Below, piece after piece: positions 17,884 to 26,887 of a stretch of 64,000 bases of DNA. The notes beneath the pieces are model-generated. The model ran no database searches, was not told where the DNA came from, and saw only the letters and a program-made list of their open reading frames with translations. How positions within the stretch are numbered: position 1 is the stretch's first letter; every line of letters begins with the position of its first letter. A program made the position numbers and the translations under genes. This DNA is from Candidatus Parvarchaeota archaeon (GTDB taxonomy: Archaea > Nanobdellota > Nanobdellia > JAAOXT01): NCBI GenBank assembly GCA_017609605.1, contig JAFCDO010000003.1, positions 24,470-88,469 of the forward strand, given 5' to 3'.

Positions 17884-18366
17884 ATGAGTGTTAACAGGTG
17901 GACGCAGAAAATTAGGGGAGTGTTCAGGTCATTTGACGAAATCACTGGACGCGACGCCAACCTTGTGATACAAAAGCTGGCGAGCATAGGGGGAAAAGCC
18001 AGAGATTATAAGATTTATTTCGACCCGCACGACGTTGGAAGAAAAGAGATTCGCGTCCAAAGATTAGAAGGAAACAAGTTCTCTTACATCGAGTATTACC
18101 CCATAGAATGGAAAGAATCCAAACCGAAAAAAAAAGATTTGAACACAAAAATCTATTTGCGCGCCGGAGATTTTTCAATACTTAAATCCATGGAAGAACA
18201 GAAAGTTAATAAAAAAAGCTTGGCACGAAAAAAAGAGTTTGAAAGCATAGAAACCAAGCTTATGAAAAAAGCCACGCAAGCACATCAAGAATTGAACACG
18301 AATAAACTCGGAGAAATAAGTCAAAAACTGAACCTAATCCTGCAATTACTGCAAAAAATTCAATAA
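17884..18366 (+). CDS. hypothetical protein (160 aa)
   Basis: ORF only. The C-terminal half is Lys-rich and helical. No family recognised. Confidence 0.4.
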   Translation: MSVNRWTQKIRGVFRSFDEITGRDANLVIQKLASIGGKARDYKIYFDPHDVGRKEIRVQRLEGNKFSYIEYYPIEWKESKPKKKDLNTKIYLRAGDFSILKSMEEQKVNKKSLARKKEFESIETKLMKKATQAHQELNTNKLGEISQKLNLILQLLQKIQ

Positions 18367-19091
18367 TCCTCAAGCTTTTTCTGCTCGCTCTTATCAAAAT
18401 CCAAATACATTGGCGGCTCGACCACCACGAAACGATAACCCCAATCCCCCAGCATGTTCATAGCGTTTTTTGTAATGCTCGGCGCAGCCACCACCCCGTT
18501 AACCTTCATCACACCTTTGCTTTTCTGCAAACGCTCAACGTAACGCCTCAACTGCTGAACAGCCCCCAAACCCGCCTTGTAACGCTTGCACTCCACAACA
18601 GTCAAAACGCTTCCCTCGATTCCGAGAACGTCGATAAAACCATACCTTGTCTGTTCCTCCAATTTGACTGGCTTAAAAGACTCGCCGATAAGCGAAGGGT
18701 TTTCGTAAATCATGCGCGCCATGTCAGCTTCGCTTCCCACGCTAACCAGAACCTCGCCATCCTTTAACTTATTAGATTCCAAGGAATACACTTTCCTGAC
18801 AGTCACGACCATGTGCTCTCTTGGGCTCACGCTATCACAAATAACCACAAGATTACCATCACTTTCCTCAACTTCAATGTTTGAGCCTTCTGCCATCCAG
18901 TTAACAGGGTTGCGGCCGTCAGGCTTGTGCACGAGCACTGTGTGGTCCGGTTTTATCAAGACGAGACGGTCACCCCAGCCAAGAGTGCTGACCGCCCTGC
19001 CCGAGTAATCCACCCTACAATTACAAACCAGTAAAACCATTTCCTTATTTCGAATGCTTCGCGATAATTTGCCCCGCAAATCTTCCATCAA
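18360..19091 (-). CDS. nucS: endonuclease NucS / EndoMS
   Basis: N-terminal DNA-binding half (LLVCNCRVDYSGRA...LVLIKPDHTVLVHKPDGRNPVNWM) and a RecB-like C-terminal half (GFIDVLGIE...TVVECKRYKAG..AVQQLRRYVERL). Confidence 0.85.
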   Translation of the reverse strand: MMEDLRGKLSRSIRNKEMVLLVCNCRVDYSGRAVSTLGWGDRLVLIKPDHTVLVHKPDGRNPVNWMAEGSNIEVEESDGNLVVICDSVSPREHMVVTVRKVYSLESNKLKDGEVLVSVGSEADMARMIYENPSLIGESFKPVKLEEQTRYGFIDVLGIEGSVLTVVECKRYKAGLGAVQQLRRYVERLQKSKGVMKVNGVVAAPSITKNAMNMLGDWGYRFVVVEPPMYLDFDKSEQKKLEDY

Positions 19092-19177
19092 ATAAAAAAG
19101 AACAAGAAACAGTAATTAAAACATTCCTATACAAATTCAATAACCTTTTAAGCAGACAATTGATTAACTTTTTTTAC

Positions 19178-19840
19178 ATGCGAGCGGGTTTAGAAAAAAA
19201 ATTTGAATCAAAAGCGGGAAAGGCAGGAAAAGCCTTGATGGGAGCGGGTATCGGCTCCACTACAGCGTACAATCTTGGACTCCTCGGCTTAATGGAAGCT
19301 ACTAAATCAGGATTCCCACCAGGATTCGAGAATTCTTCACTGCCAAGCATTATTTATGAACCATGCAACTGTGATGAAGGATGGACGTTCGCTCATGCCA
19401 TGCAAGACATTTTTTTGAACAATCAATTGCTTGAAGGAATGGTTGGAGGCGCGATTCCAGGAGCTTTGCTGGGAAGCGCTTTAGGCGCTGTCGCGGGATG
19501 GAAAAAAGCAAGCACTTGGAAAGGAAGAATTGGATACGCCTTAGGAGGAGCTTTTCTCGGAGGTTCATTAGGAGCAACAATTAATGGTTACGGCGCCAAC
19601 ATGGAGCTCATGGACAATTCTGAGACCCTTTTCGGCCCGTGGGAAGGCTGCGGTGTAGACCGGTTAGAACAAGCAATGGAGCACGGCGTCGGAGACGTAA
19701 CAAATATGGTAGGAATTTATCCACTGTTCTTAGCAGTAACGATGGGCATGACTGCGCTGGCAGCACTTTATTTTGCGGTTAAATCAGCAAAGCCATTGAT
19801 AAAACAAGGAAGAGAATTCTCAGAACAAATCAATCAATAA
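19178..19840 (+). CDS. glycine-zipper-rich membrane protein, hypothetical
   Basis: I prefer the ATG at 19178 over the TTG at 19160. GGAIPGALLGSALGAVAGW and GYALGGAFLGGSLGATINGYG repeats, plus a C-terminal TM helix. Confidence 0.45.
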   Translation: MRAGLEKKFESKAGKAGKALMGAGIGSTTAYNLGLLGLMEATKSGFPPGFENSSLPSIIYEPCNCDEGWTFAHAMQDIFLNNQLLEGMVGGAIPGALLGSALGAVAGWKKASTWKGRIGYALGGAFLGGSLGATINGYGANMELMDNSETLFGPWEGCGVDRLEQAMEHGVGDVTNMVGIYPLFLAVTMGMTALAALYFAVKSAKPLIKQGREFSEQINQ

Positions 19841-19861
19841 AACTACCAGAAAAACACTTTC

Positions 19862-20296
19862 TTAAGAAACTTGAGAGTATTCTTGCATACGTGAACGAAT
19901 ATTATCCGACTTATCGGGGAACTCCTCTAACAATATCTCAAAAACAGAGTTACGAATAAGGCAGGGACCACATATTTTAGCCTTTTCCTTCTTGTTAATC
20001 AAGTTGGTCTTACAGATTCTTTTAACATGTTTTGTTAGGAGTTCTTTACTTATTCTAAGAGTATAAGATTCACCGCGAACTTCACAATCACTTATGCGCT
20101 TTTCCATAACTGAACTCAATTCAGGATTAATCCGTAATGAATTCCTTTCAACATACGTACTTATCGCTCCTTGTAAAGGGCAAGTGGTAGAACAAATTTT
20201 TGGAGGTTTTTTACTTCCCAAATTTTTACCACAACCCCTTTTTAGGAATGCCTCTAATTCGCCCTCGCTGAATTTAAACGCGAAAACTTCAACCAT
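19862..20296 (-). CDS. hypothetical Cys-containing protein (144 aa)
   Basis: I prefer the ATG at 20296 (MVEVFAFKF...) because GTTTATAAAAAAAAAG lies 26-34 nt upstream. The track's TTG start at 20362 would read through the leuS terminator/promoter A/T run. Confidence 0.4.
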   Translation of the reverse strand: MVEVFAFKFSEGELEAFLKRGCGKNLGSKKPPKICSTTCPLQGAISTYVERNSLRINPELSSVMEKRISDCEVRGESYTLRISKELLTKHVKRICKTNLINKKEKAKICGPCLIRNSVFEILLEEFPDKSDNIRSRMQEYSQVS

Positions 20297-20354
20297 ATCA
20301 TTATGAGAAAACAAATCTTTTTTTTTATAAACTTTTGCAAAAAACAATTTTTTT

Positions 20355-23168
20355 TTATTCAAGAATGATTGAAGGCTTCATAGGCAAAGCTTTACCAGCC
20401 TTATCAGAACTACTCTTACGCTCTGAAACAATTTCAACTCTGCAATTCAAAACTTTTTCCAAAAACTTCTTATTATCCTTCAAAATTTTCAATTCCTTCT
20501 TACTTCCAAGAATGACAGAAGGGATCTTGTTAGCGTCCTTAGCGTAAACCTGTGCTAATTGGGCCGCGCGCTTACCATACTTTTTAACCTTAGAATTCAT
20601 GACCTCTTTTATCAGGGTTCTGAATTTTCCTTTCTCAACCGCTTTTCTCGCGCTCTCAGCCACTTCATTCTTCCAATCACTCGCAATAATGATTGTCAAC
20701 GAGTCAATCTCATCCTTTTTGATTAACCGTTGAATGCTCTTAACATCCACCATCAAAGCGTCCTTGTAATCCATTATCACTTGTATCTCTTTGTTCACAA
20801 ACTTTTTCTCTACTTTCGGCCAAGAAGCGTTATGAACCAACACTTTCTTTCCAAGATTTGAGTAAAGCTCTTCACTAAAATGAGGGGCGAAAGGAACCAT
20901 TAACCTGGCGAAAACGTCGAAAAAGTATTCAAGCACTTTCTTATTCAATTTTTTCGTGTTCAAATATTTGATTAAGTCAGAGTTCATGCCATGAAAAGCT
21001 TCTTGCAAAGCCTGCCTGTTCAAAGCACCGTCAAGAAAACCACTTGTTTCTTCAACCCTGTCCTGAACCCTGGCCAGCAACCACTTATCCATGTCATCCA
21101 ACTTTGACGCCTTAGAAGTCTTCAACACTGCAACTTCTTCAAGCAACCGCCCCATTTTTTTTATGAAACTTGTAGCGTTATCCTTGCGGAAATCAGGGTC
21201 GTCTAAACCCTCAGCAGTGTCGAACAACGCGAGCCTAGTGGCGTCAGCACCGAACTCTTCAATCACGACGGACAATGGTAAGAAATTGCCAAGCGATTTG
21301 CTCATCTTTTCTCCTTCACTGGTCACCCAACCGTTAACACTAATGCTTTTAGGCCAATACTTTTCAGGCCAGAAAGCAACGTGATTATAAATGAAAAAGC
21401 ACAGGTGATGAGGGACAAGGTCTTTTCCACTGCTCCTCATGTCCACAGGATAAAAATACTCAAATTCTTTCCTAATCTTATTCAACAAGGATTTCTTAAC
21501 CCCCACAATTTTCGCAACACCTTTCTTCTTTCGGTTAAGCAGGACGTAATCGAAGAACTCTGGAACAAGGTTGGTCTCTTTTAATTCTCCAGAGTTCACG
21601 TACTTGGCTATAATGTAGTAAGCCATGTAAATCGTGGAGTCTGACAAGGGTTCAATAATCCAGTTTTCATCCCAAGGCAAGAGGGTTCCAAGACCCGATT
21701 TTCTGGCGCACGCCTTGTCATTCATGTTTTTGATAGCGTTCTCAAACCACTTTCTAGCTTCTTCAGGATAAATCCTCATTTTGGACAAGCATTTCAAAGT
21801 CTTTTTCTTCCACGCTTTATTAGAGTATTTTATGAACCATTGGTTCTTCAACAATTTCACGTGGGTCGGGGTCGTGCACCTGCAAACGACTGGTTCGCTA
21901 GTCTCATGAATTCGTGACCCCCAACCTTTTTTCTCAAAATACTTGACCAGTTCATCCTTGCTTTCAGAAACTTTTTTGCCTGCAAAACTGCCGCAATTCT
22001 TGTTCATCTTCCCTTTATGAAACTCGTTCCTGTAAACAATGCTGGTAGCATTTTCCAATTTTTTAACGTCTTGTTGAGAAGTTATTCCTTTCATTTCACA
22101 AACCCTTACTGCAGGGTGCTCATCAAAACCTGGTGAATCAATCAAGTGAACGTAAACAATGCTGCCAACTTTTTTCTTGAATCTTCCCTTCTGTTTTAAA
22201 TCCTCTAACGCCATATGGTCGTAAGGCGCGTGGCTTGGAACACTCATTACAACGCCAGTAGAATTCTCGGGTTTGACAAAGCTGGCTGGGAAAATGTATA
22301 CGCTGTCACCCGTCACGGGGTTGTCCACGGTCTTACCCACCAATTCCTCCCCTTTTACTTTACCAATCAGTTCAACGTCGTAACCTTGACTGCCAAGTTT
22401 TTGAAACGCTTGCTCGCTAATAATCCATGTCTCACCGTTAACCTTTGCTTTAACGTAAACCACTTCAGGGTTGACCCACATATTGGTAACGCCATAAGTC
22501 GTTTCCGGGCGCAGCGTGGCTGCGGGCAGAACTGTGCCGTCATTCATGCGGAAATGAATCATCAAGTATTCAACGATTGTAGCGTTCTCGCCTTTCAAGC
22601 GGTCATGACTGCCCGTCGGGCTGTCGCAGAGAGGACAATAAATAATTGGGTGACTTCCTTTTCCAACCAGTTTCTTATCCTTTAATCGCAGGAACTGCCA
22701 GGTCACGAAACGATTGTAACACTTGTTTAAATAAGTGGTGAAAAAAGTTCTCCTCCAATCAATACTCATACCTAACTTGTGCCAGTACTTATCCCATTCT
22801 TTAATAAAATAAGAAGCCATTTTTTTAGGGTCTTTAAAAGAAGGGATTATTCTTTCAGGAACCATTCCTTTTTTGAACGTTTGGAACTGTTTCTCGTCGC
22901 CGGCCATGATTCTTTTCGCAGCACCCATCAATGGCTCTCCAGTCAGGTGCCAGGCTTGAGGGTATAGAACAACTTTTCCCATCATTTTATTGTAGCGGGC
23001 CATCATGTCAGCCCTTAAAGCAGAGTAAGAGTGGCCGATGTGAGGGGAGCAGTTAACGTAAGGGTAAGGGAACGTGATGAAAAACTTTTTCTTACCTTTA
23101 ACAGGATTCGCCTCAAACACTTTCTCTTTTTCCCATATCAACTGCCACTTGCGCTCGTAAAGCTTCAT
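20355..23168 (-). CDS. leuS: leucyl-tRNA synthetase (archaeal type)
   Basis: HIGH region FPYPYVNCSPHIGHSYS, KMSKS (EKMSKSLGN), and the archaeal LeuRS block IIEPLSDSTIYMAYY. Probable start is MKLYERKWQ at 23168. Confidence 0.9.
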   Translation of the reverse strand: MKLYERKWQLIWEKEKVFEANPVKGKKKFFITFPYPYVNCSPHIGHSYSALRADMMARYNKMMGKVVLYPQAWHLTGEPLMGAAKRIMAGDEKQFQTFKKGMVPERIIPSFKDPKKMASYFIKEWDKYWHKLGMSIDWRRTFFTTYLNKCYNRFVTWQFLRLKDKKLVGKGSHPIIYCPLCDSPTGSHDRLKGENATIVEYLMIHFRMNDGTVLPAATLRPETTYGVTNMWVNPEVVYVKAKVNGETWIISEQAFQKLGSQGYDVELIGKVKGEELVGKTVDNPVTGDSVYIFPASFVKPENSTGVVMSVPSHAPYDHMALEDLKQKGRFKKKVGSIVYVHLIDSPGFDEHPAVRVCEMKGITSQQDVKKLENATSIVYRNEFHKGKMNKNCGSFAGKKVSESKDELVKYFEKKGWGSRIHETSEPVVCRCTTPTHVKLLKNQWFIKYSNKAWKKKTLKCLSKMRIYPEEARKWFENAIKNMNDKACARKSGLGTLLPWDENWIIEPLSDSTIYMAYYIIAKYVNSGELKETNLVPEFFDYVLLNRKKKGVAKIVGVKKSLLNKIRKEFEYFYPVDMRSSGKDLVPHHLCFFIYNHVAFWPEKYWPKSISVNGWVTSEGEKMSKSLGNFLPLSVVIEEFGADATRLALFDTAEGLDDPDFRKDNATSFIKKMGRLLEEVAVLKTSKASKLDDMDKWLLARVQDRVEETSGFLDGALNRQALQEAFHGMNSDLIKYLNTKKLNKKVLEYFFDVFARLMVPFAPHFSEELYSNLGKKVLVHNASWPKVEKKFVNKEIQVIMDYKDALMVDVKSIQRLIKKDEIDSLTIIIASDWKNEVAESARKAVEKGKFRTLIKEVMNSKVKKYGKRAAQLAQVYAKDANKIPSVILGSKKELKILKDNKKFLEKVLNCRVEIVSERKSSSDKAGKALPMKPSIILE

Positions 23169-23218
23169 AACTACAAATAACGCAAACCAAGAATTAAAAA
23201 ACTTACTATTACAAAAAA

Positions 23219-23791
23219 TCAAGAATTCATTTTTTCAATTTCTTTTTTTCTTTTTTTCATTTCTTCATCAAATATTTTTTTTGCAGTTGAAGTGTAAAAC
23301 CGATTATTCTTCATCCGAGACTCCCAATGTTTTTTGGGAGTTTCCTCATATGCTTTAACATTTGAATAAAAATCTTCTTTGAAACAGTCTGACAGAGTAT
23401 CAGCGTCAATCAACAATCTTTTGTCAAGTTCTTCAGGGTTTTGAAACTTATGAGCTACGACAATATCAATTATTCTTTCAATTCTTTCTTTTTTATAACC
23501 TAAACCGCCCAAAATCTTTGAGATTATTTCGGGCGCATATTTTATGTGTAACCTTAATGCTTCAATCCTACCCTCTTCATTCTGGCTTCTTTGCAATTTT
23601 ATTGGAACTTTAGCCCATCCAACATCATGAACTATCGCTGCAGGAACCAGTATGTTTCTATCCTCTTCCTCTTTTTTTAGAAGTAATTCCATTGCCTTGG
23701 TAACTGATTTAGAGTGGAGAACAAAATTTTTTCTAACACCTTTTTTCAGATAAGGAATTGTTAAACCCCACAATTCTTTGAATTGTTCCAT
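23219..23791 (-). CDS. HD-domain phosphohydrolase
   Basis: H...HD motif (VLHSKSV...AAIVHDVGW) and a later D (LIDADTLS). Confidence 0.6.
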   Translation of the reverse strand: MEQFKELWGLTIPYLKKGVRKNFVLHSKSVTKAMELLLKKEEEDRNILVPAAIVHDVGWAKVPIKLQRSQNEEGRIEALRLHIKYAPEIISKILGGLGYKKERIERIIDIVVAHKFQNPEELDKRLLIDADTLSDCFKEDFYSNVKAYEETPKKHWESRMKNNRFYTSTAKKIFDEEMKKRKKEIEKMNS

Positions 23792-23795
23792 AATA

Positions 23796-23870
23796 TGGAC
23801 CCGGAGGGATTTGAACCCCCGACATACAGCTTAGAAGGCTGTCGCGCTATCCAGGCTGCGCCACGGGTCC
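23796..23870 (-). tRNA. tRNA-Arg (anticodon TCT)
   Basis: Reverse complement folds by hand as a cloverleaf: GGACCCG TG GCGC AGCCTGGATA GCGC G ACAGC CTTCTAA GCTGT ATGTC GGGGG TTCAAAT CCCTC CGGGTCC A. All four stems pair. Confidence 0.9.
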
Positions 23871-23895
23871 CTGTCAAAACATTTAATTCTTTTGC

Positions 23896-23909
23896 AAGGT
23901 TTTTAAACC
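23896..23909 (+). promoter_or_regulatory. TATA-box-like element upstream of the surface-protein gene
   Basis: aaggtttttaaacc is centred about 25 nt upstream of the ATG at 23927. Confidence 0.45.
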
Positions 23910-23926
23910 TTTTTACCTTTAAAATA

Positions 23927-26209
23927 ATGAAATCAAAACGTTTAAAAAACCTTTTCGAATCCTTTTCAAACACGATAATGAAACCACGATTAATAATAAC
24001 CACACTACTCGTAGCGTTCCTGTTCTGCACAGTTATTGCTGCAGATTATGACGTGGAAAACGTTAGGGCCAGTCCTTCAATTGTTGGCGAGGACGAACAC
24101 TTGCTGTTGTGGGGAAGAATAGATAACAACAATTTATCAGAATCCACTACTCCGGATAGACTCGAAATAGAAATAACTGATGGGGACGGCGACCACATCA
24201 GAAACTTGGACCCGCAATTCCACGCTGATGACGGCAATGACAAAGCGTTAAGCACAGGAGCTTTCATAACAAAAATAGAAACAGACGACTTGGATGAAGG
24301 AGAAACCTATTTTATAACCCTTAAAATAGATGGATTAATTCATTATTCCAGACAATTAACCCTTCAAAACACTGAAAGAAACGTGACCATAAAAATATTG
24401 AGCACGTGGCTTGACAATCACGATTTTCACTCAAACCTAAAACTGACTAACGAAAAAGATTACGCTCAAACAATCAATATAACGTTCATTGGCAACGGAG
24501 AAGAACAAACCCAAACCATTGATTTGGAGGCGGGCGAGACCAAATACGTGGAATCCATAATGGATTTCAACGATTTGAACATAAACACTGGAGCCAACAT
24601 AATAGTTGTTACAGCAGACTATCCAGGAGGAGAAGCCTTAACTGATTACGCTTTCTTCATGAAAGGCACAAAAGACTATTCTAATTATTACGACGCTGAA
24701 ATAACGTGTCAAGAGGAAGTGATAAGAAAAGAAACCATAAACCAAGTTCCGATAACCATTAAGAATGCGGGAAGCCTTACAACAGAATTCTCGCTATCAG
24801 TAATCTCAGGCGACCTGAAAGACCAGACTTCAGTCAGTGAAGAAAGAATCACGCTAAAACCCGGGGAAACAGGCAAAATAAACCTCGTTGTCACGGTTCC
24901 ATCAAACTTGACATTAAACCAAACCAGTTTTGATTTAAGAGTGGAGTACGCGGGAAAAACCGCTGAAAAAACTGTTTACCTAAACATTGAAGAAAAAGAG
25001 AAAACCCATTACTTCACCGTAGAAGGCGTGACCGTAGAAAAAGATGTTTACTTTATAGGCGAATTCTTGAACGGGACGATACAACTCAAAAACAGGGGAG
25101 ATTTCGACGAACAAATAACCGTGGAATACGGTTACTCCAGCGGAGTTTTAGGAACCACAGGAGTTATAAGCTTGACAAAAGGTCAGACAAAAAACATTCC
25201 ATTTTACATATATCTTCCAGGATACGTTGAGAACAACGAACTCGAATTAACGTTCACTGCAACCTCTAAAAATTATGTTTTCACAGCGAAAACTAACATA
25301 ACAGTGCAAACACCAGTGCACAATTTCTTTCTGGTTGAGTCATCTCCTTACAGAAACGAAATGGAACAAGGAGACAAACTAAACCTTTCCTTCGTCCTGT
25401 TTAATATAGGTAATAATGATTCATACACAATAAAAGCTGATTGGCCTTACTCAGATCTCCCACCAAAATTCAATCTCAACCAAGGAGAGCATAAAACGAT
25501 TACCGTGACTGTTCACGCTCCAAGCGAGTACGACGTGACAGGAGAGAACATTATAACAATCAAAGTCTGCTCAGCTCATGTTGAAACTTGCCAAGAAAAA
25601 AGGTATTTGGTCAACGTGAAAACCGTGCAAGAATCAAGCGTTGTAACATTCCCTGAAACCAATGAACTCTTCTTTGAAGGAGAAATCATTGATTATGATT
25701 TCGTGATTAAGAACGCGGAAGACGTTGCAAGAAGGTATCAAATTCAAGTAACGGGCTTACCAAAAGACTCTTTCACACTCCTGCCAGGAAGCGATGAAAC
25801 AATTTTTCGCGATCAATCCGTTCAATTTAAGGTTAGGATAAATAACTTAAAATCAGGATTCCACGAAACAACGATAAGCGTTTACGAAGAAGGAGAACTC
25901 ATGGGCGCTAAACAAATAACTGTTCAGTCCAAAAGCAACGGTTTAACAGGCCAGTTCGTAAACGTCGTTAGCGCAGGAGTACCCGTAATCATGGTAATAA
26001 TTGTGGGCGGCTTAATCAGTGGTTGGATGTACATGAGAGGAAGGGAAACAAAAGTTTATGATTACTGGAAAAAACCTGCAACCAAGAGTGATGAAAAACA
26101 AAAAACCAAGAAAGTGATGAGCGACCTCAGAAAAAAAGTGCTTGGCCTAAAAGAAAACCTTAACCCAAAACAAGTAAAACCTTATACCGACTACTTTAAA
26201 AAAGTGTGA
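23927..26209 (+). CDS. repeat-domain cell-surface protein with C-terminal membrane anchor (S-layer/adhesin candidate)
   Basis: The track start at 23783 overlaps tRNA-Arg, so I prefer the ATG at 23927 (or 23978). Signal-like KPRLIITTLLVAFLFCTVIAADYD. Repeated beta-type segments of the form ..I.[IL]KN.G...... (ITIKNAGSLTTEFSLSV, IQLKNRGDFDEQITVEY, FVLFNIGNNDSYTIKA, FVIKNAEDVARRYQIQV) are reminiscent of CARDB/NEW3-like domains. C-terminal TM helix VPVIMVIIVGGLISGWMYM plus a Lys-rich tail. Confidence 0.6.
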   Translation: MKSKRLKNLFESFSNTIMKPRLIITTLLVAFLFCTVIAADYDVENVRASPSIVGEDEHLLLWGRIDNNNLSESTTPDRLEIEITDGDGDHIRNLDPQFHADDGNDKALSTGAFITKIETDDLDEGETYFITLKIDGLIHYSRQLTLQNTERNVTIKILSTWLDNHDFHSNLKLTNEKDYAQTINITFIGNGEEQTQTIDLEAGETKYVESIMDFNDLNINTGANIIVVTADYPGGEALTDYAFFMKGTKDYSNYYDAEITCQEEVIRKETINQVPITIKNAGSLTTEFSLSVISGDLKDQTSVSEERITLKPGETGKINLVVTVPSNLTLNQTSFDLRVEYAGKTAEKTVYLNIEEKEKTHYFTVEGVTVEKDVYFIGEFLNGTIQLKNRGDFDEQITVEYGYSSGVLGTTGVISLTKGQTKNIPFYIYLPGYVENNELELTFTATSKNYVFTAKTNITVQTPVHNFFLVESSPYRNEMEQGDKLNLSFVLFNIGNNDSYTIKADWPYSDLPPKFNLNQGEHKTITVTVHAPSEYDVTGENIITIKVCSAHVETCQEKRYLVNVKTVQESSVVTFPETNELFFEGEIIDYDFVIKNAEDVARRYQIQVTGLPKDSFTLLPGSDETIFRDQSVQFKVRINNLKSGFHETTISVYEEGELMGAKQITVQSKSNGLTGQFVNVVSAGVPVIMVIIVGGLISGWMYMRGRETKVYDYWKKPATKSDEKQKTKKVMSDLRKKVLGLKENLNPKQVKPYTDYFKKV

Positions 26210-26228
26210 AGCTAAGATTGATTCCATT

Positions 26229-26744
26229 ATGATTAATGGTTTTTTAACAGGGGATAAAGTGGTCTTGGAAGACCCGAAAGCCAAAGCATTCTACGATAGA
26301 AGCGTTTTCGGAAAAATAATTGAAGACAGATTAGAACTATCTTTAGAAGAAGCTTTCTACCTTATGGAAAAAAAAAAGATAAGAATAATTGACAGTAAAA
26401 AAAAACCTTTGGACTTGCAAAAACTTGTGAAAAAAGCTAAAAAAAAGTTTCCGAACTTCTGGACCAAATATTCAGTTTTTAGGGATATGCGAACCAGGGG
26501 TTACATCGTAAAAACCGGGTTGAAGTACGGGGCTGATTACAGGCTTTACGAGCGCGGAGCCAAGCTGGGGAAAAGCCACGCTAAATGGCTTTTATACTGC
26601 GTCAGCGAAAAAGACGCTTACAACTGGCAAAAATTCGCTGCCATGAACAGGGTTGCTCACAGCGTCAAAAAAAAACTGATAATAGCCATAGTCGACGATG
26701 AATCAAGCATAACATACTACGAGATAGGGTGGATACGACCATAA
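26229..26744 (+). CDS. endA: tRNA-splicing endonuclease (short, homotetramer-type)
   Basis: 171 aa. C-terminal catalytic half GADYRLYERGAKLGKSHAKWLLYCV...NRVAHSVKKKLIIAIVD. Confidence 0.8.
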   Translation: MINGFLTGDKVVLEDPKAKAFYDRSVFGKIIEDRLELSLEEAFYLMEKKKIRIIDSKKKPLDLQKLVKKAKKKFPNFWTKYSVFRDMRTRGYIVKTGLKYGADYRLYERGAKLGKSHAKWLLYCVSEKDAYNWQKFAAMNRVAHSVKKKLIIAIVDDESSITYYEIGWIRP

Positions 26745-26752
26745 AGCCAAAC

Positions 26753-26769
26753 AAAAATTTAAAAAGCCC
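26753..26769 (+). promoter_or_regulatory. TATA-box-like element upstream of the candidate small RNA
   Basis: aaaaatttaaaaagccc is centred about 30 nt upstream of 26790. Confidence 0.35.
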
Positions 26770-26789
26770 AAAAGCAATTCTCTAAACTA

Positions 26790-26853
26790 GTTGCCGATGA
26801 GGATTAAATGGGCGGACTCCAAAAAATGGAGTGAACGTGACGTCTGAGGCGAC
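26790..26853 (+). ncRNA. candidate C/D-box-like (k-turn) small RNA, 64 nt
   Basis: GUUGCC-GAUGA...CUGA-GGCGAC. A 6-bp terminal stem (one G-U) brackets a C-box-like cGAUGA and a perfect D-box CUGA. An internal hairpin ACUCC-AAAAAAU-GGAGU is present. It has its own upstream TATA, and a second TATA-like aattttaataaaaac follows for the next gene. Confidence 0.35.
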
Positions 26854-26887
26854 AATTTTAATAAAAACAAAAACATAATTGATAGAC

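Noticed and set aside
20297-20362. TTG start at 20362 for the ORF downstream of leuS
   Set aside because: The extension is encoded by an A/T homopolymer-rich spacer that contains a T-run and a TATA-like box. The ATG at 20296 sits at the canonical distance from that box.
22215-22685. 156-aa plus-strand ORF, and other antisense ORFs of 60-170 aa inside leuS, valS, ftsZ, P0, pheST and gatDE
   Set aside because: They are embedded antisense in confidently identified conserved genes and have no independent signals.
23783-23926. N-terminal 48 aa of track ORF 23783..26209 (MFHNMDPEGFEPPTYSLEG...)
   Set aside because: This stretch is the antisense reading of tRNA-Arg. A TATA-like element at 23896-23909 and the signal peptide support a start at 23927 or 23978.
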